NCBI RefSeq assembly: GCF_001194135.2
Contig: NC_068984.1
Span: 46,976,709 to 47,025,863 of the forward strand
Direction of reading: 5' to 3'
DNA length: 49,155 bases
From: Octopus bimaculoides
Lineage: Eukaryota
Shown here: positions 25,479-36,350 of the stretch, piece after piece
Layout: each line of letters starts with the position of its first letter
Numbering within the stretch: the first letter of the stretch is position 1
The notes under the pieces: model-generated
Database searches by the model: none
What the model was told of the DNA's origin: nothing
The model's input: only the letters and a program-made list of their open reading frames with translations
Program-made: the position numbers and the translations under genes

Positions 25479-25979
25479 CTTGGAAACATACATGCACGTA
25501 AATTATCTCCATGAGCTTTTTTTAAGTTCTTAAGAGAGTTCAAGGCGGTTGCTATCAAAACGCTAAAACTTTTTAGTTAAGAGTTCCCGGTGTTTTTATA
25601 TATGTGGCTGAGCTGGTGTGTCGGATGAGCTGTTGATGCACACACTCTAAAGAATCTCATATGGAAAATCTTTGAAATGTCTTACAAATATTCACTGTTC
25701 CGCTAATAGATTGGATTTGGAAAATGTGCGTCAATATGTGTTGCACTCTCTACGAAAAGTATAGTATTTCAATGTATGTATGTATGTATGTATGTATGTA
25801 TGTATGTATGTATGTACAACGGGCTTCTTTCAGTTTCTGTCAACTAAATCTACTCAGAAAGTTTGGTCGACCCGAAGCAATAGTAGGAGACACTTGCCAA
25901 ATTTTTCACGCAGTGGGACTAGACCCGGAATCATGTAGTTAGTAAGTAAGCTACTTACCGCACAGTCACTCCTGCACAT

Positions 25980-26021
<42 letters not shown>

Positions 26022-26059
26022 NNNNNNNNNNNNNNNNNNNNNNNNNNNNNNNNNNNNNN

Positions 26060-26121
<62 letters not shown>

Positions 26122-26830
26122 TAATCATGCCAGGCGTGAAAATATGCTGTTATATTATATATCCACTCCGGTTAGTCAGCAGTGTCACATTTTAAGCACA
26201 TACAATGATCATATTGATTGTCTTTCCTATACAGTTGTAATGTATATTTTATTCCTTAACAGTTCCTGGCATTCTGTTGAAGTGACACAAGCTGATTACG
26301 TATCAAGGAAACATATATCACATTTCTGAATTTTAGTGTTAGAAGTTTATTTTTTCGTGGCAATTCATTTATTCTCGTCTTATGATTCCAGAACTATATT
26401 GTGTAATTTTCTCAGTGTAATTCTGACGTAATGATATTCGGTTGTCCAAATTCTAGCGTAATGACATTCAATTTCTTTAACTTCTATTGCTTTTACATAT
26501 GTGTGAAATACTTGCTGATATGTAATTGAAAAGGTTTTGACATTATCTTTCGAGATATGTTCTTGTCTCTCATTGCTAATGAAACTCTATCATCATTTTC
26601 TTAACTCTTCCCTATGATTATGATATCAGTTTGCATATATTTTATTTTCCTCTCTGATACATAAACAGTATATTCATTTGTTGAAATTCATGCTGTCTTC
26701 CCAACTTTCCTTTCCAAAGTGTATAGAGTATATATTGATGTAGGTTCGCTCTGCAAAACAGATACTCTATCATTTATAATATATTAAATCTGAAATTTCG
26801 AGAAACATAAGTACTACAAAACACACTGTT
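25479..26830 (+). pseudogene. Class A GPCR pseudogene candidate (FMRFamide-receptor-like), split in TM3 by a SINE and microsatellites
   Basis: LGNI (25479); SSRCFYICG*AGVSD (D at 25624); after the insert IIYPLR, ILFLNS, WQFIYSRLMIP, SIIIFLTLPY, YSIIYNILNLKFRET. TM4 to helix 8 spacings all fit class A distances, including Y-x6-F. Confidence 0.5.
25765..25978 (-). mobile_element. OK-like SINE 5' half with (TATG)n
   Basis: Reverse complement GCAGGAGTGACTGTGCGGTAAGTAGCTT..TTCCGGGTCTAGTCCCACTGCGTG..GAAACTGAAAGAAGCCCGTTGT. Confidence 0.8.
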
Positions 26831-27075
26831 TAAATACATTTATGTTAAACTCTCGATAACAAGACGCTGGATGGCCATGCATGATGTGTTTAACCCGGAA
26901 TAGGTTTTCAATTGAGTTAGAATTAAGCATTGAGAAAGTTGATGGCCAACAGCATAAAGTTCGAAATTATTTCTATTTTATAACTGGAACAATGTTTTTC
27001 CTACAATTATTATACATATAGTTTTCTTCAAGCGAAGAAAACTATATATATATGTATATATATATATACATATAT

Positions 27076-27113
<38 letters not shown>

Positions 27114-27189
27114 TGATACGATCTCGTGCTCGTTCGCGTGAGTGTGTGTATGGGTGTATGTGTGTGCGCTCGCGTGTCTGAAAGCATAC

Positions 27190-28230
27190 ATACGCATGGA
27201 CGGATAATTAGAACTGAGATGTGTAGTTGGTATTCACAGTATGTACTAAGAATTCAAACAGTACATTTGTGCTTGAGTCTAGCGTTTGATGCCTCTTCCT
27301 CTGAGTTCATCAGTTTTCACTTCAGTTCTTTTCGCTGTGCGAGCTGATGCACTTATAAGAAATAAAATTTACGCCTACTCAAACCTAACTTCCAATTTCC
27401 TTGTTGAGTTTTTCCGGAAAAAACAATGAGAAAAAAACAGTTTCCTAATTAAACATAAGTTATAATGACATTAGTTTCTTGCATCTTCCATAACAACATT
27501 GCTTGGAAGCAAAACATTAATCTAATGTAGATATAATGCAGACAACATCAAATAAAGATAAATAAATGGAAACAAGCAAAGTAATATAATCAATCATTCC
27601 GCCCTCGTATATTGTCAATACGATTTGAAGGGAAATATATTTAATAAAATTAGGGCTCCATTCTTGTATTCATTTTTATCCCTGGTGAGACGTCAGTCAA
27701 CAGTTAATGCTTTCTATCATTCCTCAGATCCTGCACATTGTTTTGGCCTAATGTATGTGAATTTATTCTTAACATGATCAATTTCTAGTGTTGACTGTTC
27801 TAAGAATATATTTAGCACTTGACTGTTCTTAGAATATATCCATATATTTTCTCGGCTGGCAGGCACTTCTTCATTCCGACGGTGCAGAATTTCATACACA
27901 TTCGTCGAGCCTTTGCTGAAAAATGTGAATTAATAAACAAATTGAGAATTCTTTTGAAATAATAATCGAAATTGGATGACCACTTCCGATCCATCTAACT
28001 TTCACCTTCAAAGATAATTTATATCCTAATAATTAGACGAGGGCTTAGAAAATAAAAATGAATAAGCATGTATTTTTGAACAGGTGCTCAATTGCATAAT
28101 TTAAGCAGATAATCATAAATACTGTAATCTTGGAATCCATATATTATTGGAGTTAATATGATCGCGAGTATTACTACTTATATCAGCATCTATAGTATTA
28201 ATAGGTGGTCAGGGAAAAAAAGGAGTATAG
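27190..28230 (-). pseudogene. Candidate class A GPCR relic, TM1 to TM6
   Basis: ISSNT (N at ~28172) to ITVFMIICLNYAIE (E at ~28089) is about 28 codons; then FKRI..HFSAKARRMC, INSHTL, (LP)..ETNVIITYV, and CTV*ILS..SVLIIRP. Confidence 0.3.
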
Positions 28231-28442
28231 TTGATTAATATCAAAATCATCAAAAGTTAGGCCTTTTGCTACATGATATAAAGGAACTAAATTTGGGGTA
28301 TTTATTTATTAGAAATACCTGATGTGCTTTCAAAGAATTGCTATAAGGCAGTGCATCTCAAAACGGGTTGTCTCACCCTCCGGAACCAGTGGAAGATTTT
28401 ATATGGATATTGCAAGATGTGCGGTACAGGGCTATTGATGCA

Positions 28443-28444
<2 letters not shown>

Positions 28445-28480
<36 letters not shown>

Positions 28481-28640
28481 GCACACACACACATACACAC
28501 GCACATGCACACGCACATGCACACACACACACGCGCACATGCACACGCATGCACACACACACACACATACTCTCTCTTTCTCTCTCTGAAACACACATAC
28601 ACATACAAATACGTATTCACACACATACGTACACACACGT
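28445..28640. repeat. (CA)n/(CACG) compound microsatellite
   Basis: Visible run. Confidence 0.9.
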
Positions 28641-29039
28641 CCACTAACACATGCATCTGCTACTTCCGCTGAAAAATGCTACCTCTAAACCTACTTAGAA
28701 ATAGCAAGTATAATTCCCCCAAATGATACATTGCCGTTTTGAAAAGGAGTGACATTTTGTAATCTGTTTTATACAGAGAAGTTCAAAATTAATACAGCTG
28801 AAACACCTTCAAATACAGGTCTACTTTGAAGGGGTTGTTCTGAAAAAAAAAAAGACAAAAATGTATTATCGTCACTAAAGAAGGGAGGAGCAATACGAAA
28901 ATTAGCGTTGACTCTAGTGCTGCTACATATAGTCCAATCGCTAGTACTCATCCTCCCCATGAGTTACACGTGAGTTCAGAACAATGACTCTCCATCAATA
29001 TGAGTAACCAGCTCATACACTTGTGACAATAGCTAAAAT

Positions 29040-29487
29040 CACGTCATCTTCACAAACATTAACTCCCTCTTTTTTTCTGAGCAAGTACCAGAGAGAAAAG
29101 CATTACACAAAACGTGATAAAGGAGTACACAGAGAAAAATGACAACTTACCACTTATTAATTCCACCAGAAAGTGTCCTCCAAACAGAGAAAAAAAAGGA
29201 CAATAATGTACCGGTGTTTAACGTCAGTTAGTGGAAATCGCTGCCCGTCCAGAAAGGAAGAGTGGCTTAACAGTTTATAAATGGATACATGCGTCGTCAC
29301 GGTAGAGGAAATTTACAATCTAGTGGGGAAATTACGTACAGAGCCGAAGTGAAGACGAATTACAATGCTCCAATCTGAAGTGACGAAATCACTGTCATTC
29401 TCATACGAATGAGATTATGCATGGTAATAGTTGCTATAAAAGCTGTGCTTGCTGACATAAATATCTACTGTTTGTTAACAGGTATGT
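29040..29487 (+). promoter_or_regulatory. Candidate Pol II promoter
   Basis: Four CRE half-sites (29042, 29222, 29295, 29381), CCAAT at 29370, TATAAAAG at 29435-29442, and CAG|GTATGT at 29481/29482. CpG is locally more frequent. Confidence 0.3.
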
Positions 29488-31321
29488 CAGAAGCAGAACA
29501 GAGATTCGATGCAAAAATTACTGCCATGAGTTACTGATCTGCGCTGTGTTTTAGGCTCCGTGTTAGGATATTACAGCAGTAGCTGGAGTAGAACTCCGAA
29601 AATATAGATAAACCGAACGGTAGGTATTTTACATTGGGAACGGAGGTACAGATGTTCAGGTGTCACTTAACGGAAATATAGGACAGAAAGTATAACTTCT
29701 CGTATCCCTTTTACATTGTGAGGAAATAAACTCTGCTGTCTCTATCGAAACAACACTATCAGCAGCACCAGCGGCAGCACTTGCAACAACGACCAAATCG
29801 CTACTTTGCAGATGAACAATAAGAGAGGGAACATGCACACGAGAAGAACCTACTTGCATGGAATAAACGAAAATAATTCCTACCTGTTTGGTAGCAGTAA
29901 CAGAGAATCAACTGTAGAATCGATCTTTTCCCAAATTTGCTGCAATATATGAACACTAGATGCAATCCATTTAGCTGAAGAACAGCTAATGGCAGCGCTA
30001 TATAATGAGAAGAAGCCCCTTTTTTGCTTGCAGGTATTGAGCAAGCGCGGGAAAACAGGAAAGTTATTTGTGCATTATTAAATTTACAAGGAATAATTTA
30101 TGCCGTCAAATGTCAGCAAGACGATTCTACGCTACCCGTTGTAGGTCATCATTAGACATATGTATCTGTGCTTGAATTAAAAAAATACGATGAAGAGGAA
30201 AAGTGAAAAGATTCTACGGGTAATGTTATTGGTTTAAAGCCTCCCACTGTATGGACTAAAATTTCGCATAGGTCACCGGAGAAGACATCGAAGTGAATAG
30301 GTCACTGTGAATGTTTGGCTACAACATGAGACCGTAGTTACCTCTAACGGGAAGTCGATGTGTGATTGGGTGGAGTTTCAAGAAATACACTAGTCGTCTG
30401 GACCTTTGAGAATACAAAGTGTAACTGGAAATGTGTCTCGCAGCTGATGTGAGATGGACGTTCTAAGAATGACGGCCATGAAAAACAAATTCCAGCTACT
30501 AGACGAGATAATGTGTTCAGAGTTGCCTTCTTTGAAAGCTGATACTGAGAACAAACGAGTTTGAAATGCATCAATCAGACCAATACAAGGTACACTGAGC
30601 TGGCTAAAGTGTTCGAGTAACGTTTTCCCTGAAGTGAGAATTGTTCTTTTCTCCAAGATAAACTGTATTGAAAAGCCTTTAACGTGTTCAGATATATCTG
30701 AAACATATTTGAACTGGTATCGTTTAAACAATACAAAAATTCTGAGACTATTGTCCACATTTTACAGCTTACACCAGAAGTATAGTAAAAGTACATATAT
30801 TAAAAAAAAAAAAACCCACTTATGACACATATCAAAAAAGAAAGTATGTATTTACTTTAGTGAAAACTGCCATCAATATATGATCGTGAACTCAATCTGA
30901 ATTTTGTCAGTTTCAGCACGTAGATATTACGCATAGTGCTTTTAGATCTGTTACTGACATATCTGTATCTACTGAGATTAAAACAGCTGCTGCTAAGTAT
31001 TTTTGTTTATTTTATACTTATCTTTATTTATTTTTACATTATTGTTGATGTTATTCTTAACTTTACAAACACTAAACCTTCGTGCAGACTTACTACTAAA
31101 AATGTCGAGTAATATCGTTATATCCTTTACTTGAAAATACCAGGAAAAATATATAGAAATATGAAGACATTGCATCAGAGTAAAAGTGGGAATATTAAAG
31201 ATTTATACAAACACACACACAAACACCCAAACACCAAATTTATAGATTTTATAATTTTTTACTTTAGGTGACAAAAAATTCATAGTGCTTCACATATTTT
31301 CCTTACTAAAGTTAATGTGAA

Positions 31322-32520
31322 GGGAAACATTTAATATCAACGTACTCAAACATTGAGTTACCAAATCTACAAACTACATTATCTGATACAGTGCTTCTTT
31401 TCAAGATAATAGTCTCTCCATTGCAATATGCTTTTACTCTTCTTACTTGCAGTATAAATAATATGAATGCTATTTTCTGGCACAGTTTGTTCACCAATCG
31501 AAAGAGCACCCAGAAACAATTGTTAGTTATATCACACTGCAACAGTGCGATATACGACTTTTCTTTTTTGAATGGGGAAGCGAAATTGTCGATTGATTCT
31601 ATTAGTGTAATATTAAAGCATATAAAATGTTAAGGTGAAATATAATTCATTCGATTTTGCAGAATTATATGGCCATAAGTCTTAATCATATCTCACTGTT
31701 AACAATATATAAAAGAACTGAATTTTCAGTCACTGATGCTGCAAATAACTGCAGACTTATGAAGACTGAATATTACCGACAAACGTAGTATTAATATGAA
31801 TCGTATGTGGACGTATTCTGCGTTTTAACAATACATCCACATTGAGGAGGATATAATATTGCAATTCACGTGTTTATATTTAATTGTATGTGAACCTATA
31901 TGCAGAGATATTTGGCATGGACGCAGTGTGAACTGTCAACAATTTCTACAACAAGACTTGCTTAAACCCATCGATTTTTTCAGTACTCAAATGAAATAAG
32001 TTTGTAATTACTACTTGAATTTGCTGAATGTCAATAAGACTAAGGTGTAGTAAATTCAGATATGTTTCAGTATATAACCACAACGAATCCCATAATCCAG
32101 TAATTGGTGGGTAATTGGAGTGTTGATGATATCGTTTTATGTTGTGAATTTAAGCAAAGTGCATAAGTAGAGACTATTTTTTCACAAAACAAATATGCAA
32201 CAGAATACGAATCCGAGATTTCAAGCTACCAGATTTCTCACCCGTTTAAGAACGCTTCTATTGCTTGGAGTCGGAATGATTTATGTACTATTTGGATGTT
32301 AATGATTTTGCCATTTCATAATTAAAAATCATGACCATTAGTGCATGCTAGAATTAATGACACATAACAACGCTCTAGTTAAATTTGAATTATCATTGCA
32401 GCTTGTTGTTTAATTGAGTGTTCAAGTAATTTTTTTTTTCAATTGATCATTAAACTGATAGTTCAACTGATATTTCAGTTCATAGTTTAGCTGACGGCAA
32501 ACAATTCAACTTAGATATCT
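31322..32520 (+). pseudogene. Class A GPCR pseudogene candidate (FMRFamide-receptor-like), TM1 to TM7
   Basis: An open 104-codon frame carries IIVSPL..SINNMNAIFW..RKST..LLVISHCNS (N-to-D/N spacing 28). Then QRYLA..TISTTRLA (31903), IFSVL..KF, IP*..VVNLSKV..RLRTLLLLGVGMIYVLFGC, and TDSSTDISVHSLADGKQF (32454). The TM2-TM3 gap is about 60 codons too long. Confidence 0.45.
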
Positions 32521-33499
32521 GAAGTTTGTATCATGAAAATAATATAAAAACGCCTGGACTATGAATTCCAAAACTAAAAGGTCACATTCCTCTTTTCTCC
32601 CCACAGCATAGGAACGCATTGAAATTCCTTAACGTCACTATTCTATTTTATTGACGCAGACCACCATCGTTTATATGCTACCTATTTAAATAAATACACA
32701 CATAAAAACAACTAACAAAAGACAGAAGAGCCGCTAAATGAAATTTCAGAAAACATTTCTAAACATACCTTCAAGAAAATGAACAAATGAACCACAATGC
32801 AAAATTGTAGTTATTTTTATTTTACTTCTTCGAAAAGTTTGGGACATTCTTCTTTTCTATTATTTCTAAGACGCAAAAATTTGCCCTATTCTTATTATTT
32901 TCCAAAGTATTAAGGTCGAATCTGCAGATAAAATTAGCAATACTTTCGTTTGTTAGTTCTAAACACCCTATTGTTTACAGTCTAGGCGGTAAACAAAAGA
33001 AGTGGAAAAGAAATAAATAACGGGCAAAACAAAAAGAAAAGAGTTGTATATATAAAAATATATCAATTAGAAACCAATACAACAACCACAATAAAGATAA
33101 CAGCAATACCAACAGCCTTATTATCAATGAAAATGAAAACAAAATAATAATGCAAATTTCAACAAAAATTTAATAAATGGACTAGACAATAGGAAAGAGA
33201 ATTTTAGAACTACAAAACGTAACCTTATATTCAACACATTAAACCTTACATTCCACAAATTGAAAATAAAAAATTATTAAAAAACTGATAAAAGAAATCT
33301 TAAATATAATGATCATTTAAGTCAATATTTACAACACTACCAAAACAACAGCAGTAACAACAATGAAAATACAACATTAAGAAAGAACACTGCAACCATG
33401 ACGACAACATGAACAACATCCAAATAGTACTACCCATATAAAGAATACTTATTTCTTTGTGTTGTGTTGGCATAAAAGGGAGGAGACTAGTTGATGGCA

Positions 33500-33790
33500 T
33501 TCGAACCCATTATTTGACTTGTAATTTGCTCGATAGACAGCTGAGGGGTGCTGTTAAAAGAAAAGTTGACCTTGGCGGGACTTGAACTCAGAAGGTTGAG
33601 ACAGACGAACAGCTGCTAAGAATTTTGTCTGGCATACTTACGGCTCAGCCACCGTGTCGTCCTAATAAAAATGTCGGTTTCAAATTTTGGTACAAAGACT
33701 TCAATTTCAGGAGAGTGTATAAGGCGATTAATGCTACTAAGCATGTTGCCCGGCGCAGTACCGATTCTGCCAATTCATCGTTTGTGGCGA
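33500..33790 (-). mobile_element. Two adjacent diverged OR-like SINE copies
   Basis: Reverse complements show GAATTGGCAGAATCGGTACTGCGCCGGGCAACATGCTTAG and TTCTGAGTTCAAGTCCCGCCAAGGTCAACTTT, matching the copy at 48188. Confidence 0.6.
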
Positions 33791-33899
33791 CACGATGAGT
33801 TAGCGAAGTGCTACATTGTAAAATGTGCGAAAAGTGGGATCTAGAAAGAAGCAAGAGAAGGTATGAGTACAAACCGCAGAGTGGCGGAGTCGGAGACTC

Positions 33900-34132
33900 G
33901 CAAAATCCTCGGGACATTCCACGCGAAACAGATCAGCTGCTAGGGAATTAGTGACCGGAGATAGGTGCAGCCCATGCTATGTAGTTGATGTTGCATGCCC
34001 CTTTGACCCACGAACAGTCAAGAAGGAAGGCGAAAAAATGGACAAATACAACCCTCTTAAGTACGAAATAGATCGGTCATGGAAAAATGAAGAAGGTAAA
34101 GATTGTGCCAATTATTGTTGGGTCCTTGGGGA
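33900..34132 (+). mobile_element. Dong/R4-clade LINE restriction-like endonuclease fragment
   Basis: CYVVDVACPFD..KKEGEKMDKYNPLKYEI..W..KIVPIIVGSLG, typical of the R4/Dong C-terminal RLE domain. Confidence 0.8.
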
Positions 34133-34134
34133 GA

Positions 34135-34201
<67 letters not shown>
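34133..34201. repeat. (AAT)n microsatellite between two Dong/R4 fragments
   Basis: Visible run. Confidence 0.95.
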
Positions 34202-34202
<1 letters not shown>

Positions 34203-35915
34203 TACCAGTTGCAGTAAAGTATGTCTCTTCAAATGAAGTGCAGGAATTTTGGAATAAAATTCGGGCAGAAGAAAAAACATACAATGAAGATGCCCCTTGG
34301 ATTGATAGAGTATCTACAGACTTAGACTCCTTAGAAGAGCAAAATTTGGAGTGTATCAAGTTAGAGGATGTAAGATCTGCTCTCAGGAGGTCAAGCAAAT
34401 GAAAGTCTCCAGAAAAGGATGAAATTCTTAACTTCTGGTTGAATGCTCTCCCAGAGAGCCATGAACTGCAAACAAAACTTTACAACACTGATTTGCCACA
34501 ACTTAGTATGATTCAATTTTGGGTAGTTAATGATGTAACATTCTTACCTACAAAAAAAATGAAGAAACAAATGACCCAAAAAATTTATAGACAAATAACC
34601 TGTTTAAAACAATGTATCAAATGCTAACATGTCTTGCTTGAAGATACCTATAGTTTTTTAATAGACAGTGGCATATTCCCAAATGAGCAAAAATAATGTA
34701 AACGTGAGTCCTATGGTTGTAAAGATCAGCTACTCAACAATAAGATGACCTTGAAAGATTGTCACAAACGACAGAAAAATTTTTCGATAGCCTGGATAGA
34801 CTATAAAAAAGCTTTTGATAATCTACCACATAGCTGGATTAAGATATATCTGGAAATGTATGAAATAGCACTCACTCTGCGAAACTAATAGTCTGTAAGT
34901 GTGAGATCATGGAGTACCACACCGACTTTGAAGAGTGACAATGAATCTCTTAATGCTGGATATGTAAGAATTTCAAGTGGTATTTTCCAGGTTGACTCTC
35001 TATCACCACTCGTCTTTGGTCTAATCTTGATCCCTCTTCCGAAATTGCTCGATGATGTACAATACGGCTATAAAATGTTTGATAAAAATATAAATCATCA
35101 AGTTTACATGTATGAGTTAAAGCTGTTGGCAAAAAATGACCAACAACTACAGGGTCTACGAACGATTGTTAAACAATTCAGTGTTGACACCAGGGTGCAA
35201 TTTGGCCTCGATAATTGTGTAAAGGCTACATTTATCAAAGGAAAAATGACAGAAACATCTAATGTTAATCCTGACCAGCCTAATGTCATAAAGGAGTTAG
35301 AACCAGCGGAGAGCTACAAATACTTAGGGGTATTTGAAAGGGACGGATTCAAACATTCAGTAATGAGGGAAAAGTTCAGAAGAGAATGTTATCGCAGCGT
35401 AAGGTCAATAGTCAAAACAGAGGTGAATGCAAGAAACAGGATCGAAGCGATCGGAGCGATCGAAGCCATGCCAGTCGTGACTTACAGTTTCAATATCATT
35501 AACTGGTCAATTACTGAAATATGTAATCTTGACAGAAAAATACGAACTTTGTTGACAATGCATAGAATGCACCACCCTAAAACAGATATAGAACGACTTT
35601 ACCTGCTAAGAAAAGAGGATAGCCGTGGACTTTTACAACCGGAATTAGCAATGAAGATTGCAACAATTGGCCTAGACACCTACCTGAAAAACTCTGATGA
35701 CTGAATGTTAAAACAAGAAAGCATCATACTCAGTAACAAAACAGGCAAAGGAATATATATGTGAATTCCTAATAACCCTAACCCTAACCCTAACCCTAAC
35801 CCTAATACAATAAATTCCACAATTAGACGTACTAGAAACAAGCACAGAAAAAGCTAAGCGTATGAAAATCCGTGCTAAAACTGCTGCCTTAGATATTCTT
35901 ACTGATAAATGGTAA
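34202..35915 (+). mobile_element. Dong/R4-clade LINE RT region, disrupted
   Basis: FW..I..K..KSP.KDEI.NFW..NDPKNYRQITCL..GCKDQLL..AWIDYKKAFDNLPHSWI..GIFQVDSLSPL..YMYELKL..FGLDNC..YKYLG..RLYLLRKEDSRGL. Multiple stops and frameshifts. Confidence 0.9.
35770..35811 (-). repeat. Interstitial telomere-type (TAACCC)5 insertion inside the LINE ORF
   Basis: 42 bp TAATAACCC..CCTAATACAAT; removing it restores GAA TTC CAA ATT CCA CAA TTA GAC (EFQIPQLD). Confidence 0.8.
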
Positions 35916-36039
35916 TCTTCAATATCAATGTCCTTTTGGAGTGAAACTTGAAAGAGTTGATGAGGGTTTGATCAAAAGGAATGTGTCCGTTTCTTCAGCC
36001 AGTGGAATCTGATCTTCCTCACAACTACTTTCACCAATA

Positions 36040-36350
36040 CAATCAGACAGATAAACATAGTCAAAAGAAAGCGACTCATTCCAATAATTCTCTACTTCGT
36101 AATCGGGAAGAGCAAACACAAGAAGATCTTAATGTAGAAGATATGACACTTGCATTGAAAACGTCAAGAAGGAAGTCACCTGGTAAGACTAAGATCCCAA
36201 ACTACTGGGAATTCACATAATAAAAGCCAGCTTACAAACTAATTATGACAAACTGCAGATGAATGTCATGGCAGAGAAAAGATTTTTCAGTGGCTGCATT
36301 GTCAAGAAGAAAAAAAAAGCAACCAAAAACGATTTGATAATATTCCTCTC
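36040..36350 (+). mobile_element. Third Dong/R4 fragment (pre-RT region)
   Basis: EDLNVEDMTLALKTSRRKSPGKTKIPNYW parallels EDVRSALRRSSK*KSP..NFW in the copy at 34.3 kb. Confidence 0.6.
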
